DNA of 51,810 bases, from the NCBI RefSeq assembly GCF_905480385.1, contig NZ_CAJQQC010000136.1; one strand, 5' to 3'. This DNA comes from an uncultured Winogradskyella sp. (lineage in GTDB: Bacteria; Bacteroidota; Bacteroidia; Flavobacteriales; Flavobacteriaceae). Below, one piece after another: positions 8,929 to 18,424 of this stretch. Below the pieces are notes generated by a model. That model did not search any database. It had not been told where the DNA came from and saw only the letters and a list, made by a program, of their open reading frames with translations. Each line of letters begins with the position of its first letter. Positions within the stretch are counted from its first letter, which is position 1. Both the position numbers and the translations under genes were made by a program.

Positions 8929-9988
8929 ATGAGTGAGAAATATACTATCGCATTTTATAATATAGAAAACTTGTTTGACACCAAGGACGATGAACACACT
9001 AATGATGAAGATTTTTTACCAACTTCAGTCAAACGCTGGACGACCAAACGCTATGAAAATAAACTTCGCAAATTAGGGCAGGTCATTTCGCAAATTGGAG
9101 AAGATGATATAGATAGTCCACCCGCAATAGTTGGTCTTGCAGAAGTCGAAAACAAGCAGGTTGTTAAAGATTTGATTGACAGCAAATATCTAAAACATTA
9201 CAAATATGATATTGTGCATTACGATTCCTCTGACGAACGTGGTATAGATGTGGCTTTAATTTATAATACAGATGTTTTTGAAGTTTCACACTCTGAGGCA
9301 TATCCTGTATACCTCACAAAAGAAGATGGTAGTCGCGACTATACCAGAGATGTTTTACAAGTAACAGGAAGGCTAAATGACGAGCAAATACATATTATAG
9401 TTAACCATTGGTCATCACGTCGTCAGGGGCAAAAAGACTGAGTATAAGCGTCTTGCTGCTGCAGATACTGTAAACCGTATTGTAAAAACCCAAAACAAAA
9501 ACTATAGCAATCCCAAAATAATTGTAATGGGCGATTTTAACTATACACCTTACGATAAAAGCCTACTATCACTTGAAACGGAATCTAATCTTTACAACCC
9601 TTTTAAAAAAATATCTACTGAAAATAAAGGTAGTCTAAACCATAATTTTGAATGGCATTTGTTTGATCAGATATTAATTTCGACTAATTTTTTTGATACC
9701 AAATGCACGCAGTTCAATCTTAGTGAAGCCAAAATTTTTAATTCTCAATTCTTAACGCAATATCACGGAAAGTTTAAAGGACAACCCTTTAGAACTTATG
9801 TAGGCAAACGCTATAAAGGTGGTTATAGTGATCATTCCCCAGTTTATATAGAGTTTAAAGAAGCTGTTTTAAAAATCAATATTTTAGCGATAAAAACAGT
9901 ATTTCATCTATTAATCTTAAGTTTCCTGTTAAAATTTTATCAAAAATATATCTTCGCTACTCTAATAGCCAAATTTAGATTTTTATGA
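8929..9988 (+). pseudogene. Endonuclease/exonuclease/phosphatase family gene, frameshifted near 9431-9441
   Basis: N-half FYNIENLFD, GLAEVEN, RGIDV, NHWSSR ends at TGA 9439-9441; the +1 frame resumes TEYKR...MGDFN...FDQI...GYSDH. Confidence 0.8.
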
Positions 9989-12918
9989 AATCATCTTTAC
10001 TTTACTTTTTTGTCATATTAGCGGGTACTTTTCAGACTATACATGCGCAAAATCTTGTCTTTGATGTAGACTGTACTGCTGGTACAGATACATTTAGTTA
10101 CTGTTATGACAGTAATGACAACTCGACATACACTTTTACTTCGACTACAGGCGAACCAGTATTTTTAGAATTTCTTGCAGGTACTATAGAAAGCGGTTTC
10201 GATGACATCACCGTTTATGATAGTGCAGATAACTCAGGAGCCGTTTTATTTAGTGGTGACAATGGCGGAGATTTAGCAGGACTTAATTTCCAATCAACAG
10301 GAGATTCACTATTTATTGAAGTCGATAGTGACGGAAGTATTAGCTGTCAATCAAGTACATCATATACACCTTGGGAAATTAATTATAGATGCGTGACGTG
10401 TATATCACCGACAGCTACCTATGATATTGTAAGTAATTGTGCCAATGGAAATGACGAGTTTTTTATTGACGTAATCATTAGTGATATAGGTGATGCTGAA
10501 AACATTAATATCTTTGACGACCAAAGTAGTCCAGTGCAAACAACAACGGTTGATGGTACCTTTACCTTTGGACCTTTCCCAAATGGAACCCCAGTAAATA
10601 TTACTGTCGAAGATGCAGACGATATCAATTGTATTCTAGAAAGTGGAACACTGTCACAAGCGTTTTGCCCACAACAAGAGTGTGATATAATCAATGCTGG
10701 AGCCGATGCTGTATTTGGTTGTGCCAGTACAATTACGGAAGTTGACCTTTCTGCAACTTTTATGACCAGTGCTTTGACGTCTAACACTAGTGTTTATACA
10801 ATCGACGATTTAGAATGTCCATTATCAAACCTAGATGGTGCACCAACGGGTTTAAATATTGATGATACTTGGTCGCAACCTATAGACTTAGGTTTCAAAT
10901 TTGAGTTTTTTGGTGTTACCTATAACCAAGTTGTTGTTGGCGCAAACGGTATCGTTAGTTTTGATACAAATTTGGCTGGTGAATTTTGCCCATGGAGCTA
11001 TGAACCTGACGAATTATTACCTACACCAGACTTACCAACAAATGCCGTTTTTGGACCATATCATGATATTGACCCTAGTGTTGGTGGTCAGATAGAGTTC
11101 ATTACAGTAGGTGTTGCTCCACAACGTCAGTTTAAAGTCAGTTTTGTACATGTACCACATTATAGTTGTAACGAATTATTGACAACCTCACAAATTATAT
11201 TATATGAAGCATCAAACGTAATAGATGTGATTATTAAAGAAAAACCCTCGTGTCAGAATTGGAATGATGGTCTTGCTGTAGTTGGTATTCAAAATTCATT
11301 AGGAACGACAGGATATACACCAGAAGGAAGAAATACAGGTGATTGGGTAGTTTCTTTTCAAGAGTTGTGGCGATTTATCCCTGATGGCGCACCAAACTAT
11401 GTTTTCGAGTGGTTTGATGATCAAGGGAACTCTTTAGGGAATAATACAGATATTACTGTAAGCCCGACACAAACTTCAGTATACACAGCTACTGTAACTT
11501 ATACAGAAATCAATGGCATAGAAATAATAGTTAGTGATGACGTAACAGTTTCTTTGATTGACCAAACACCAAATGCTGGTATACCACAAAATTTAGTGAA
11601 TTGTGAAAACGCAAATGGTAATGCCTTTTTTGACTTAACATCTCAAGATGATGCAATATTTGACGGTCAGACAGACGTATCGGTTACATATTACGAATCA
11701 TCAGAAGATGCTGAAAACGGTGTAAATGCAATTACTAATGCAAACAATTACGAAAACACTTCTAATCCACAGAACATTTATTTTAGATTAATAATTAACA
11801 CAAGTTTTGATTGTTTTTCAACAGGAAGTTTCCAAATTGAAGTTTTTGAATCGCCTATAGCAGGAGTTCCGCAAAATATAGAAAGTTGTTCTTCAACTCC
11901 AAATAATACAGAGTTTGATCTAACAATACAAGACAGTGATATAATTGATGGACAAACAGATGTAACTTTAAATTATTACTTATCACTGGTTAGTGCCGAA
12001 AATGGTACGGACGCAATTTTAAACCCATCTACATATAGTAATAGTTCTAATCCAGAAACCATATTTTTTCGATTAGAATCAGACGAATCTTCAGAATGTT
12101 TTGATATAGGAAGTTTTCAGTTACAAGTTTTTGAAACTCCAGTTCCTGGAATGTTAGAAGACCTAACAAATTGTAGTAATGCACAAGGCAGTGCTGAATT
12201 TGATTTGTCATCACAAGATAATGCAATATTAAATGGTCAAATGGACATAAACGTTGCTTACTTCGAATCTCAAAGTGATGCTGAAAACGATACAGGTGAA
12301 ATAATGAATCCAACAACATATACCAACACATCAAATCCTCAAACTATATATTACAGACTAGAACAAAACAGTTTAGAGAGTTGTTTTACAGTAGGTAGCT
12401 TCAATCTTGGTTTATCCTCTTTAGATGGCAACCTTGTTGCTTTTAATCAAGGGTGTAATGGTAATCAATACGAAATAACTATCTCTGCGATTGGAAATAG
12501 TTTCGATCCAAACACCGTAAGTTATGAGTGGTTTGGACCTGTTGGAGCTGACTTAACCAACAACACAAACGCCACTTTTATTACTAATGTAGATGGTCAA
12601 TATACTGTAGAGATAACAACTTTAGAAGGATGTGTCTATGATTTCTCTACAGATGTTTTAAATGCTAATTGCATATTCCCACAAGGAATATCGCCAAATG
12701 GGGATATGTTAAACGACACATGGGATTTAAGTGGATTTAATGTTTTAAGACTACAAATTTTTAACCGAAATGGACGCTCAGTTTATACAAAACAGAATTA
12801 TACGAATGAATGGGTTGGACAATCGTCTGACGGAGAGCTTCCTGTCGGCACTTATTTCTATGTAGCGGAGCTAGAAAATAATGAAACTAGAAACGGTTGG
12901 GTATACATTCAACGTTAA
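9985..12918 (+). CDS. T9SS type-B CTD (gliding-motility-associated C-terminal domain) surface protein with N-terminal CUB-like domain
   Basis: Signal peptide; C-terminal PQGISPNGDMLND...IFNRNG...LPVGTYFY...GWVYIQR; adjacent PorP homolog. Confidence 0.9.
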   Translation: MKSSLLYFFVILAGTFQTIHAQNLVFDVDCTAGTDTFSYCYDSNDNSTYTFTSTTGEPVFLEFLAGTIESGFDDITVYDSADNSGAVLFSGDNGGDLAGLNFQSTGDSLFIEVDSDGSISCQSSTSYTPWEINYRCVTCISPTATYDIVSNCANGNDEFFIDVIISDIGDAENINIFDDQSSPVQTTTVDGTFTFGPFPNGTPVNITVEDADDINCILESGTLSQAFCPQQECDIINAGADAVFGCASTITEVDLSATFMTSALTSNTSVYTIDDLECPLSNLDGAPTGLNIDDTWSQPIDLGFKFEFFGVTYNQVVVGANGIVSFDTNLAGEFCPWSYEPDELLPTPDLPTNAVFGPYHDIDPSVGGQIEFITVGVAPQRQFKVSFVHVPHYSCNELLTTSQIILYEASNVIDVIIKEKPSCQNWNDGLAVVGIQNSLGTTGYTPEGRNTGDWVVSFQELWRFIPDGAPNYVFEWFDDQGNSLGNNTDITVSPTQTSVYTATVTYTEINGIEIIVSDDVTVSLIDQTPNAGIPQNLVNCENANGNAFFDLTSQDDAIFDGQTDVSVTYYESSEDAENGVNAITNANNYENTSNPQNIYFRLIINTSFDCFSTGSFQIEVFESPIAGVPQNIESCSSTPNNTEFDLTIQDSDIIDGQTDVTLNYYLSLVSAENGTDAILNPSTYSNSSNPETIFFRLESDESSECFDIGSFQLQVFETPVPGMLEDLTNCSNAQGSAEFDLSSQDNAILNGQMDINVAYFESQSDAENDTGEIMNPTTYTNTSNPQTIYYRLEQNSLESCFTVGSFNLGLSSLDGNLVAFNQGCNGNQYEITISAIGNSFDPNTVSYEWFGPVGADLTNNTNATFITNVDGQYTVEITTLEGCVYDFSTDVLNANCIFPQGISPNGDMLNDTWDLSGFNVLRLQIFNRNGRSVYTKQNYTNEWVGQSSDGELPVGTYFYVAELENNETRNGWVYIQR
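11569..12410 (+). repeat. Three tandem 95-aa (285 bp) domain repeats
   Basis: Units start at 11569, 11854 and 12139; shared C..FDL..QD..I..GQ.D..Y..S..AEN..I.N..Y.N.SNP..I..RL..CF..GSF. Confidence 0.85.
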
Positions 12919-12968
12919 CCTTAAAAGCAATGCACAAGACAAAACTAACGACACTTAAAACTAATTCG

Positions 12969-13871
12969 ATGAAAAAAATCGCATTACTATCCTTACTGGC
13001 ATTTGCTTATTGCGCTAAAGCTCAACAAGACCCACAATATACACAGTACATGTACAATATGAATGTCATTAACCCAGCATATGCTGGCTCGACAGAAAGC
13101 TTATCTTTTGGTCTATTGTATAGAAATCAATGGACTAAAATAGATGGTGCTCCAGAAACAGGTACCTTTTTTGGGCATTCGCGCATTGGTAATAATATGG
13201 GACTAGGTCTTTCGGTTATTGCAGATCAAATTGGCCCCGTAAAAGAAACTAATGTATATGCAGATTTCTCATATACAGTAAAACTCGGAGGTGAACATAA
13301 TCTTGCTTTTGGACTTAAAGTTGGTGCGACGTTTCACGATATAGGATTGGCAAATATTGCGCTTATTAATCCTAATGACCCGTTTTTTCTGAATATAAAT
13401 GAAACAACTCCTAACATTGGTGCAGGAGTATTTTATTATTCGGACAAGTACTATTTATCTGTTTCAGTACCGAACATGTTATCGTCAGTGCATTTAAGCC
13501 AGAACGGAAACAATATTGGCTCAGAAACACAACACTATTTTGTGTCTGGCGGTTATGTCTTTGATTTGTCTGCTAATACAGAGTTAAAACCATCTTTTTT
13601 GATAAAATCTGCTTTTGAAGCACCAACATCATTTGACATTAACCTAAATGCAAGATTTTATAAGAAGTTTGAAATTGGAGCATCTTACAGATTAGACGAT
13701 TCGTTTTCTGGTCTTATAAACTTTGCTATTTCGCCTTCATTAAGAATTGGGTATGCCTACGATGCTGTATCATCAGATATTAATGCATTTGCTCCTGCTT
13801 CTCACGAAGTAATGTTATTATTCGACCTAAATTTCTCTAAACGTGCTTCACGTTCACCAAGATATTTCTAA
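12969..13871 (+). CDS. PorP/SprF family T9SS membrane protein
   Basis: AQQDPQYTQYMYN..INPAYAG, YRNQW, GYAYD, SHEV, SPRYF; start reassigned to ATG 12969. Confidence 0.92.
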   Translation: MKKIALLSLLAFAYCAKAQQDPQYTQYMYNMNVINPAYAGSTESLSFGLLYRNQWTKIDGAPETGTFFGHSRIGNNMGLGLSVIADQIGPVKETNVYADFSYTVKLGGEHNLAFGLKVGATFHDIGLANIALINPNDPFFLNINETTPNIGAGVFYYSDKYYLSVSVPNMLSSVHLSQNGNNIGSETQHYFVSGGYVFDLSANTELKPSFLIKSAFEAPTSFDINLNARFYKKFEIGASYRLDDSFSGLINFAISPSLRIGYAYDAVSSDINAFAPASHEVMLLFDLNFSKRASRSPRYF

Positions 13872-13890
13872 CCAGTTAAGCTAAAACATT

Positions 13891-15804
13891 ATGAAAATTT
13901 TTAAAACATTATTTTTTATATCATTGATGAGTAGTTTAAGCTTAACTGCTCAAAATTTAAGCACCAAAAAAGCAGATAAGCAATTTGAGCGCTTTCTATT
14001 TGTTAAAGCTGCCGAGAGCTACAATAAGCTTATTGAAGATGGAAAAGGTGATGCTTATGTATACGGACGTCTTGCAGAATCATATTACAACATGTTTAAT
14101 ACTGTTGAGGCTGAGCGTTGGTATGCCAAAGCCTTAGAGTCTTCAGAAAAACCTGAAATGATATTCAACTACGCAGAAATGCTAAAAGCAAACGGTAAGT
14201 ACGAGGCTTCAAATACGCAAATGCAGCGTTTTGCTTCGATGCGTCCTTCTGACAATAGAGCTACAGACTTTTTGAGCAACCCAAATTACTTGCCAAAAAT
14301 ATTAGAACAAGGAAAAAAATTCAATGTTCAAAATGCTGATTTCAATTCTGAGAATAGTGATTTTGGTGGTACAGTTTACAATGGTAATCTTTACATAGCT
14401 TCCGGTCGAAATGACAATCGCAAGTCTTATGGTTGGAATAACGAACCCTTTTTAGACATCTATTCACTTTACAAAAATACAGATGGCTCATACCAAGATG
14501 CGCAATTATTAAACAAAGACATTAATACTAAATATCATGAAGGTTTAGTATCGTTCTCTCCTGACGGAAATACGATGTATTTTTCTCGTGAGAGTTATTT
14601 TGAAAAAGCCTTTGAAAAAGACTCCTTGTCAAAAATAAAATACAGCCAATTGTATTTGTTTAAAGCTTCAAGAATTGGTACCGATTGGGATAATATAGTA
14701 GGCCTTTCGCTGAACAGCAAAAACTACTCTATCAAAAATCCTTCTGTAAGTACCGATGGAAAAACACTATACTTTGCTTCAGACATGCCTGGCGGATTTG
14801 GACAATTTGATATTTACAAAGCAGCTATAAAAGCCGATGGTTCTATCGGAACACCTGAAAATTTGGGTCAAAAAGTAAATACTGAAGCACAAGAAATGTT
14901 TCCTTATATCAGTAGCAATAACACGCTTTATTTTTCATCTAACGGTCACTTAGGACTTGGTGGTATGGATGTGTTTTATACTGAAGAAATTGACGGCAAA
15001 ACGGCACCTATTCGTAACATTGGTATTCCAGTAAATAGTAATGGTGACGATTTTGCATTTACAATTGATGAAGATTCTGAAGAAGGTTTTGTGTCTTCTA
15101 ACCGTTTAGGCGGAAAAGGAAGTGATGATGTATACCTTATCAAAAAACTACAACCAATTTGTGATGTTGTATTAAATGTTGAAGTCTTAGATGACAGCAG
15201 TCGTCAGCCTATTGCAGACGCTGCAGTGAGTTTGTATGACGACCAAGGCAACAAAATTTCTATAAAATCTACTGATGATGAAGGTAAAATCATGTTTATT
15301 GTAGAATGTAGTAGTACTTCAGAAATTGAAGTTATCGCAGATGGTTTTGATAGCAAAAAGGTGACTGAAAAAACAGAACGTGAAGAGGAACAAGATGTCA
15401 GGATTTCTTTAAGTCCAATTGAAAAATTAATTGTTGAAGACAAAATAGAATTAGCACCTATTTACTTTGATTTTGATAAACACAATATTACATCGACAGC
15501 AGCTTTTGAATTAGATAAGCTTGTACAAATCATGAATAAGTATCCTGATTTGGTGATTAATGCGTCTTCTCATACAGATAGTAGAGGTTCTGCGCCTTAC
15601 AATCTTAAATTATCGCAAAGACGTGCAACGTCTACACAACAATATGTGATTTCTAAAGGTATTTCAGAAAAACGTATACAAGCCATTGGTCGTGGTGAAA
15701 ATGACCTTAAAATCAAGTGTGGCGGTTATTGTAATGAAGATGAACATCAACAAAACAGACGTTCAGAATTTATTATAATTAGTGGCGGTCCTAATAATCA
15801 ATAA
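13891..15804 (+). CDS. TPR/PD40/OmpA-C domain protein (PorE-like)
   Basis: PD40-like repeats (LYFASDMPGG, LYFSSNGH.GLGG.D); OmpA-C motifs IYFDFDK, SHTDSRG, LSQRRA, NRRSEF. Confidence 0.88.
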   Translation: MKIFKTLFFISLMSSLSLTAQNLSTKKADKQFERFLFVKAAESYNKLIEDGKGDAYVYGRLAESYYNMFNTVEAERWYAKALESSEKPEMIFNYAEMLKANGKYEASNTQMQRFASMRPSDNRATDFLSNPNYLPKILEQGKKFNVQNADFNSENSDFGGTVYNGNLYIASGRNDNRKSYGWNNEPFLDIYSLYKNTDGSYQDAQLLNKDINTKYHEGLVSFSPDGNTMYFSRESYFEKAFEKDSLSKIKYSQLYLFKASRIGTDWDNIVGLSLNSKNYSIKNPSVSTDGKTLYFASDMPGGFGQFDIYKAAIKADGSIGTPENLGQKVNTEAQEMFPYISSNNTLYFSSNGHLGLGGMDVFYTEEIDGKTAPIRNIGIPVNSNGDDFAFTIDEDSEEGFVSSNRLGGKGSDDVYLIKKLQPICDVVLNVEVLDDSSRQPIADAAVSLYDDQGNKISIKSTDDEGKIMFIVECSSTSEIEVIADGFDSKKVTEKTEREEEQDVRISLSPIEKLIVEDKIELAPIYFDFDKHNITSTAAFELDKLVQIMNKYPDLVINASSHTDSRGSAPYNLKLSQRRATSTQQYVISKGISEKRIQAIGRGENDLKIKCGGYCNEDEHQQNRRSEFIIISGGPNNQ

Positions 15805-15825
15805 TATAATACCAGCTATATAAAT

Positions 15826-15858
15826 AAAAACGCTTTGAAATATTCAAAGCGTTTTTTT
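15826..15858. terminator. Bidirectional intrinsic terminator
   Basis: AAAAACGCTTTGAA-ATA-TTCAAAGCGTTTTT between convergent genes. Confidence 0.9.
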
Positions 15859-16327
15859 ATATCCAGTTTTTAAAAGGAAGTTTACTTAAGTTAGAATTAT
15901 AGTATTTAATATCTCCTGTAACTTCTTCGTCCAACCAATCAGGCTTTTCAAAAGTATCTGTTTTAGAGTTGAGCTCGACCTCAGCTATAATTAAACCTTG
16001 ATTATCGCCATAAAATTCATCAACTTCAAAGGTGTGATTCTCAACTTTGACTTCGTATCTGGTTTTATCTATAATCCCGTTTTCGCAAAGTAATAGTAAC
16101 GCTTCTGCATCCGTTTTAGGTATTTCTTTTTCCCATTCAAATCGGCTTAAGCCATCAGCAGATGATTTTCCTTTTATGGTCAAAAGACCTTTGTCATTTT
16201 TTAGTCTGATTCTTACGGTGCGTTCAGGAGCACTATTCAAAAACCCTTGCCTAATATCGTAAGAGTTAAAAGCTTGGTCTTTAAAAGCCTCTGATTTTAC
16301 TAAAAATTTTCGTTCTATTTCAGTCAT
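15857..16327 (-). CDS. CYTH domain protein (triphosphatase/adenylate cyclase-like)
   Basis: EIERKFLV, VRIR, LTIKG, RFEWE, AEVE. Confidence 0.92.
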   Translation of the reverse strand: MTEIERKFLVKSEAFKDQAFNSYDIRQGFLNSAPERTVRIRLKNDKGLLTIKGKSSADGLSRFEWEKEIPKTDAEALLLLCENGIIDKTRYEVKVENHTFEVDEFYGDNQGLIIAEVELNSKTDTFEKPDWLDEEVTGDIKYYNSNLSKLPFKNWI

Positions 16328-16336
16328 AATATTGCC

Positions 16337-16344
16337 TAAATTTA
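16337..16344. promoter_or_regulatory. Palindromic TAAATTTA, candidate bidirectional -7 element
   Basis: Lies in the 21-bp spacer between the divergent CYTH and dinB starts. Confidence 0.5.
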
Positions 16345-16348
16345 CAGT

Positions 16349-17458
16349 ATGCCAGACGATTTACCAATTCGGAAAATAATTCACGTAGATATGGATGCTT
16401 TTTATGCATCTGTCGAGCAGTTGGATAATCCTGAATTGAGAGGAAAACCCATCGCGGTTGGTGGTGGTGGAAAACGTGGTGTCATCAGTGCTGCAAGTTA
16501 CGAAGCACGAAAGTTTGGTGTAAAAAGTGCCATGTCTGGACGCTTGGCTGAAAAACTCTGTCCTGAACTGATTTTTGTCAAAACCAATTTTGAACGTTAC
16601 AAAGAAGTCTCTCAAAAAATTAGAAAAATATTTTTGAATTATACTGATTTAGTGGAACCATTATCTTTAGATGAAGCCTATTTAGACGTCACACAAAACA
16701 AAATCGGGATGCCTAGCGCATCTATAATTGCACAACAGATTAGACAACGTATTTTTGAAAATACAGGCTTGACGGCTTCAGCTGGAATCTCTATCAATAA
16801 ATTTGTGGCTAAAATAGCGAGCGATTACAATAAGCCTAACGGACAAAAAACCGTAAATCCAGAAGATGTTTTAGAATTTTTAGAAGCCTTAGATATCCGA
16901 AAATTTTATGGCGTAGGTAAAGTAACTGCCGAAAAAATGTATCACAAAGGCATTTTTACCGGTAAAGATTTAAAATCTAAATCCCTAGAATATCTAACTG
17001 AAAACTTTGGAAGATCTGGTGGCTATTACTACCATATTGTCCGTGGTATTCAAACTAGTGAGGTCAAACCAAATCGTACTCGAAAATCACTAGCTGCAGA
17101 ACGTACATTTAGCGAAAATTTGTCTTCCGAAATATTTATGCTCGAAAAAATAGAGCATATCGCCGAAGAAGTGTCTCGGCGATTACATAAAAGTAAAGTC
17201 TCAGGAAAAACGATAACACTAAAGATTAAGTACAGTGATTTTACTTTACAAACACGTAGTAAAACTTTGCCTTATTTTGTGAGTGACAAAGCTATAATTC
17301 TAGAAACTGCGAAGGATTTACTTTATCAAGAAAAACTTAATAATTCTGTTAGACTTTTAGGAATTTCTTTATCTAACTTAAATAACGAGGCCCCTAAAAA
17401 GAAACACACAGAAAAAGAAAAGAAATCTGTAAGTGTTCAATTAAAATTTGAGTTTTAA
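16349..17458 (+). CDS. dinB: DNA polymerase IV
   Basis: HVDMDAFYASVE, SYEARKFGV, SLDEAYLD, KPNGQ, VRLLGI. Confidence 0.97.
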   Translation: MPDDLPIRKIIHVDMDAFYASVEQLDNPELRGKPIAVGGGGKRGVISAASYEARKFGVKSAMSGRLAEKLCPELIFVKTNFERYKEVSQKIRKIFLNYTDLVEPLSLDEAYLDVTQNKIGMPSASIIAQQIRQRIFENTGLTASAGISINKFVAKIASDYNKPNGQKTVNPEDVLEFLEALDIRKFYGVGKVTAEKMYHKGIFTGKDLKSKSLEYLTENFGRSGGYYYHIVRGIQTSEVKPNRTRKSLAAERTFSENLSSEIFMLEKIEHIAEEVSRRLHKSKVSGKTITLKIKYSDFTLQTRSKTLPYFVSDKAIILETAKDLLYQEKLNNSVRLLGISLSNLNNEAPKKKHTEKEKKSVSVQLKFEF

Positions 17459-17593
17459 AATACATTGGGATTTATTCTTGTAAATTGTATAAAATATCTC
17501 CTTATGAAATGAGCATGTTCAAAATTTTATCACCAAGTAGAATGATTAATAGTTAAGAGCATGTGACCCATAAAAAACAATAAATACAGACAT

Positions 17594-17755
17594 ATGAAAA
17601 AAAACAATAAACTATCAATAGGCATTGCCTTAGGTTTAAGTCTAGGTACTCTTGTTGGTATACTTACCGACAATCTTGGATTGTGGCTTGGTGTTGGTAT
17701 AGCCATGGGCGCAGGAATAGGCTCATCACTTTCAAAGAAAAAAAATGAAGACTAA
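17594..17755 (+). CDS. Small Gly-rich membrane protein, 53 aa (absent from ORF track)
   Basis: MKKNNKLSIGIALGLSLGTLVGILTDNLGLWLGVGIAMGAGIGSSLSKKKNED; two GxxxG helices with basic termini; overlaps the next start. Confidence 0.75.
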   Translation: MKKNNKLSIGIALGLSLGTLVGILTDNLGLWLGVGIAMGAGIGSSLSKKKNED

Positions 17756-18113
17756 ACTCTTAGAAATAGCACCCGTTTTATCGAGTCAAAATATTGAACG
17801 TGATATCGCTTGGTACAAAAAAAACGTTGGGTCTACGACCTTGTACAGTGATAAAATGTATGCGTTATTGCAACGCGACAGCATTAATATGCATTTACAA
17901 TGGCATGCAGATACCGAAGATGACCTATTGCTTGGCGGCTCTGTTATACGTGTCATGGTTGACGATATACAACCCATTTATAAAGAATTTATAGAACGCA
18001 AAACTATTAAACCAGAAAAGCTAATGCTCAAAACCGCCTGAAATACCAATGAGTTTGGGTTTTATAATCTGAATAATAATACCGTATTTTCTGTAGAGCG
18101 ATTAATGTCTTAA
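17745..18113 (+). pseudogene. Glyoxalase/bleomycin-resistance (VOC) family gene with in-frame TGA
   Basis: PVL...DIAWY...LQWH...IRV.VDDI; after TGA 18039-18041 the frame continues NTNEFGFYNLNNNTVF to TAA 18113, matching the VOC C-terminal W..REF..D..N motif. Confidence 0.75.
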
Positions 18114-18144
18114 ATCCATTATCTTTAATAATAAACCCAATACT

Positions 18145-18369
18145 ATGAAAATCAATCTATTATCTTGTGATGCTCAAAGGCCCGATAAAAAAGCGATTGC
18201 CAAATGTATTGCCGAAATTTCATTAAATATTAATGCGTCTTTGGCTCACGAACTTACAGATATTCTAGTTGAAGGTGATGCTGTAGATATTCAGGTTGGT
18301 GATAAAAATTCTGGTTCTACATTACGAGCCTTAAGAAAATTGGATATTGATTATGAGATTATAGAATAA
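18145..18369 (+). CDS. Small hypothetical protein, 74 aa
   Basis: Clean ORF with ATG; -7-like TATCTTTA at 18120-18127. Confidence 0.7.
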   Translation: MKINLLSCDAQRPDKKAIAKCIAEISLNINASLAHELTDILVEGDAVDIQVGDKNSGSTLRALRKLDIDYEIIE

Positions 18370-18424
18370 ATCTAACTAACTGATAAACTTGACTGTGTTT
18401 TGAAAACGTTAAACGAAACTTCCT

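Noticed and set aside
9431-9441. prfB-like programmed +1 frameshift
   Set aside because: No CTT-TGA slippery context; additional lesions indicate decay
17504-17590. Possible gene remnant (ATG AAA TGA...) with two GAGCATGT octamers downstream of dinB
   Set aside because: Multiple stops, no recognisable homology; too short to support
18039-18041. Selenocysteine or programmed readthrough at the VOC gene TGA
   Set aside because: Position corresponds to Trp, not Cys; no SECIS-like hairpin follows; other degenerate residues nearby
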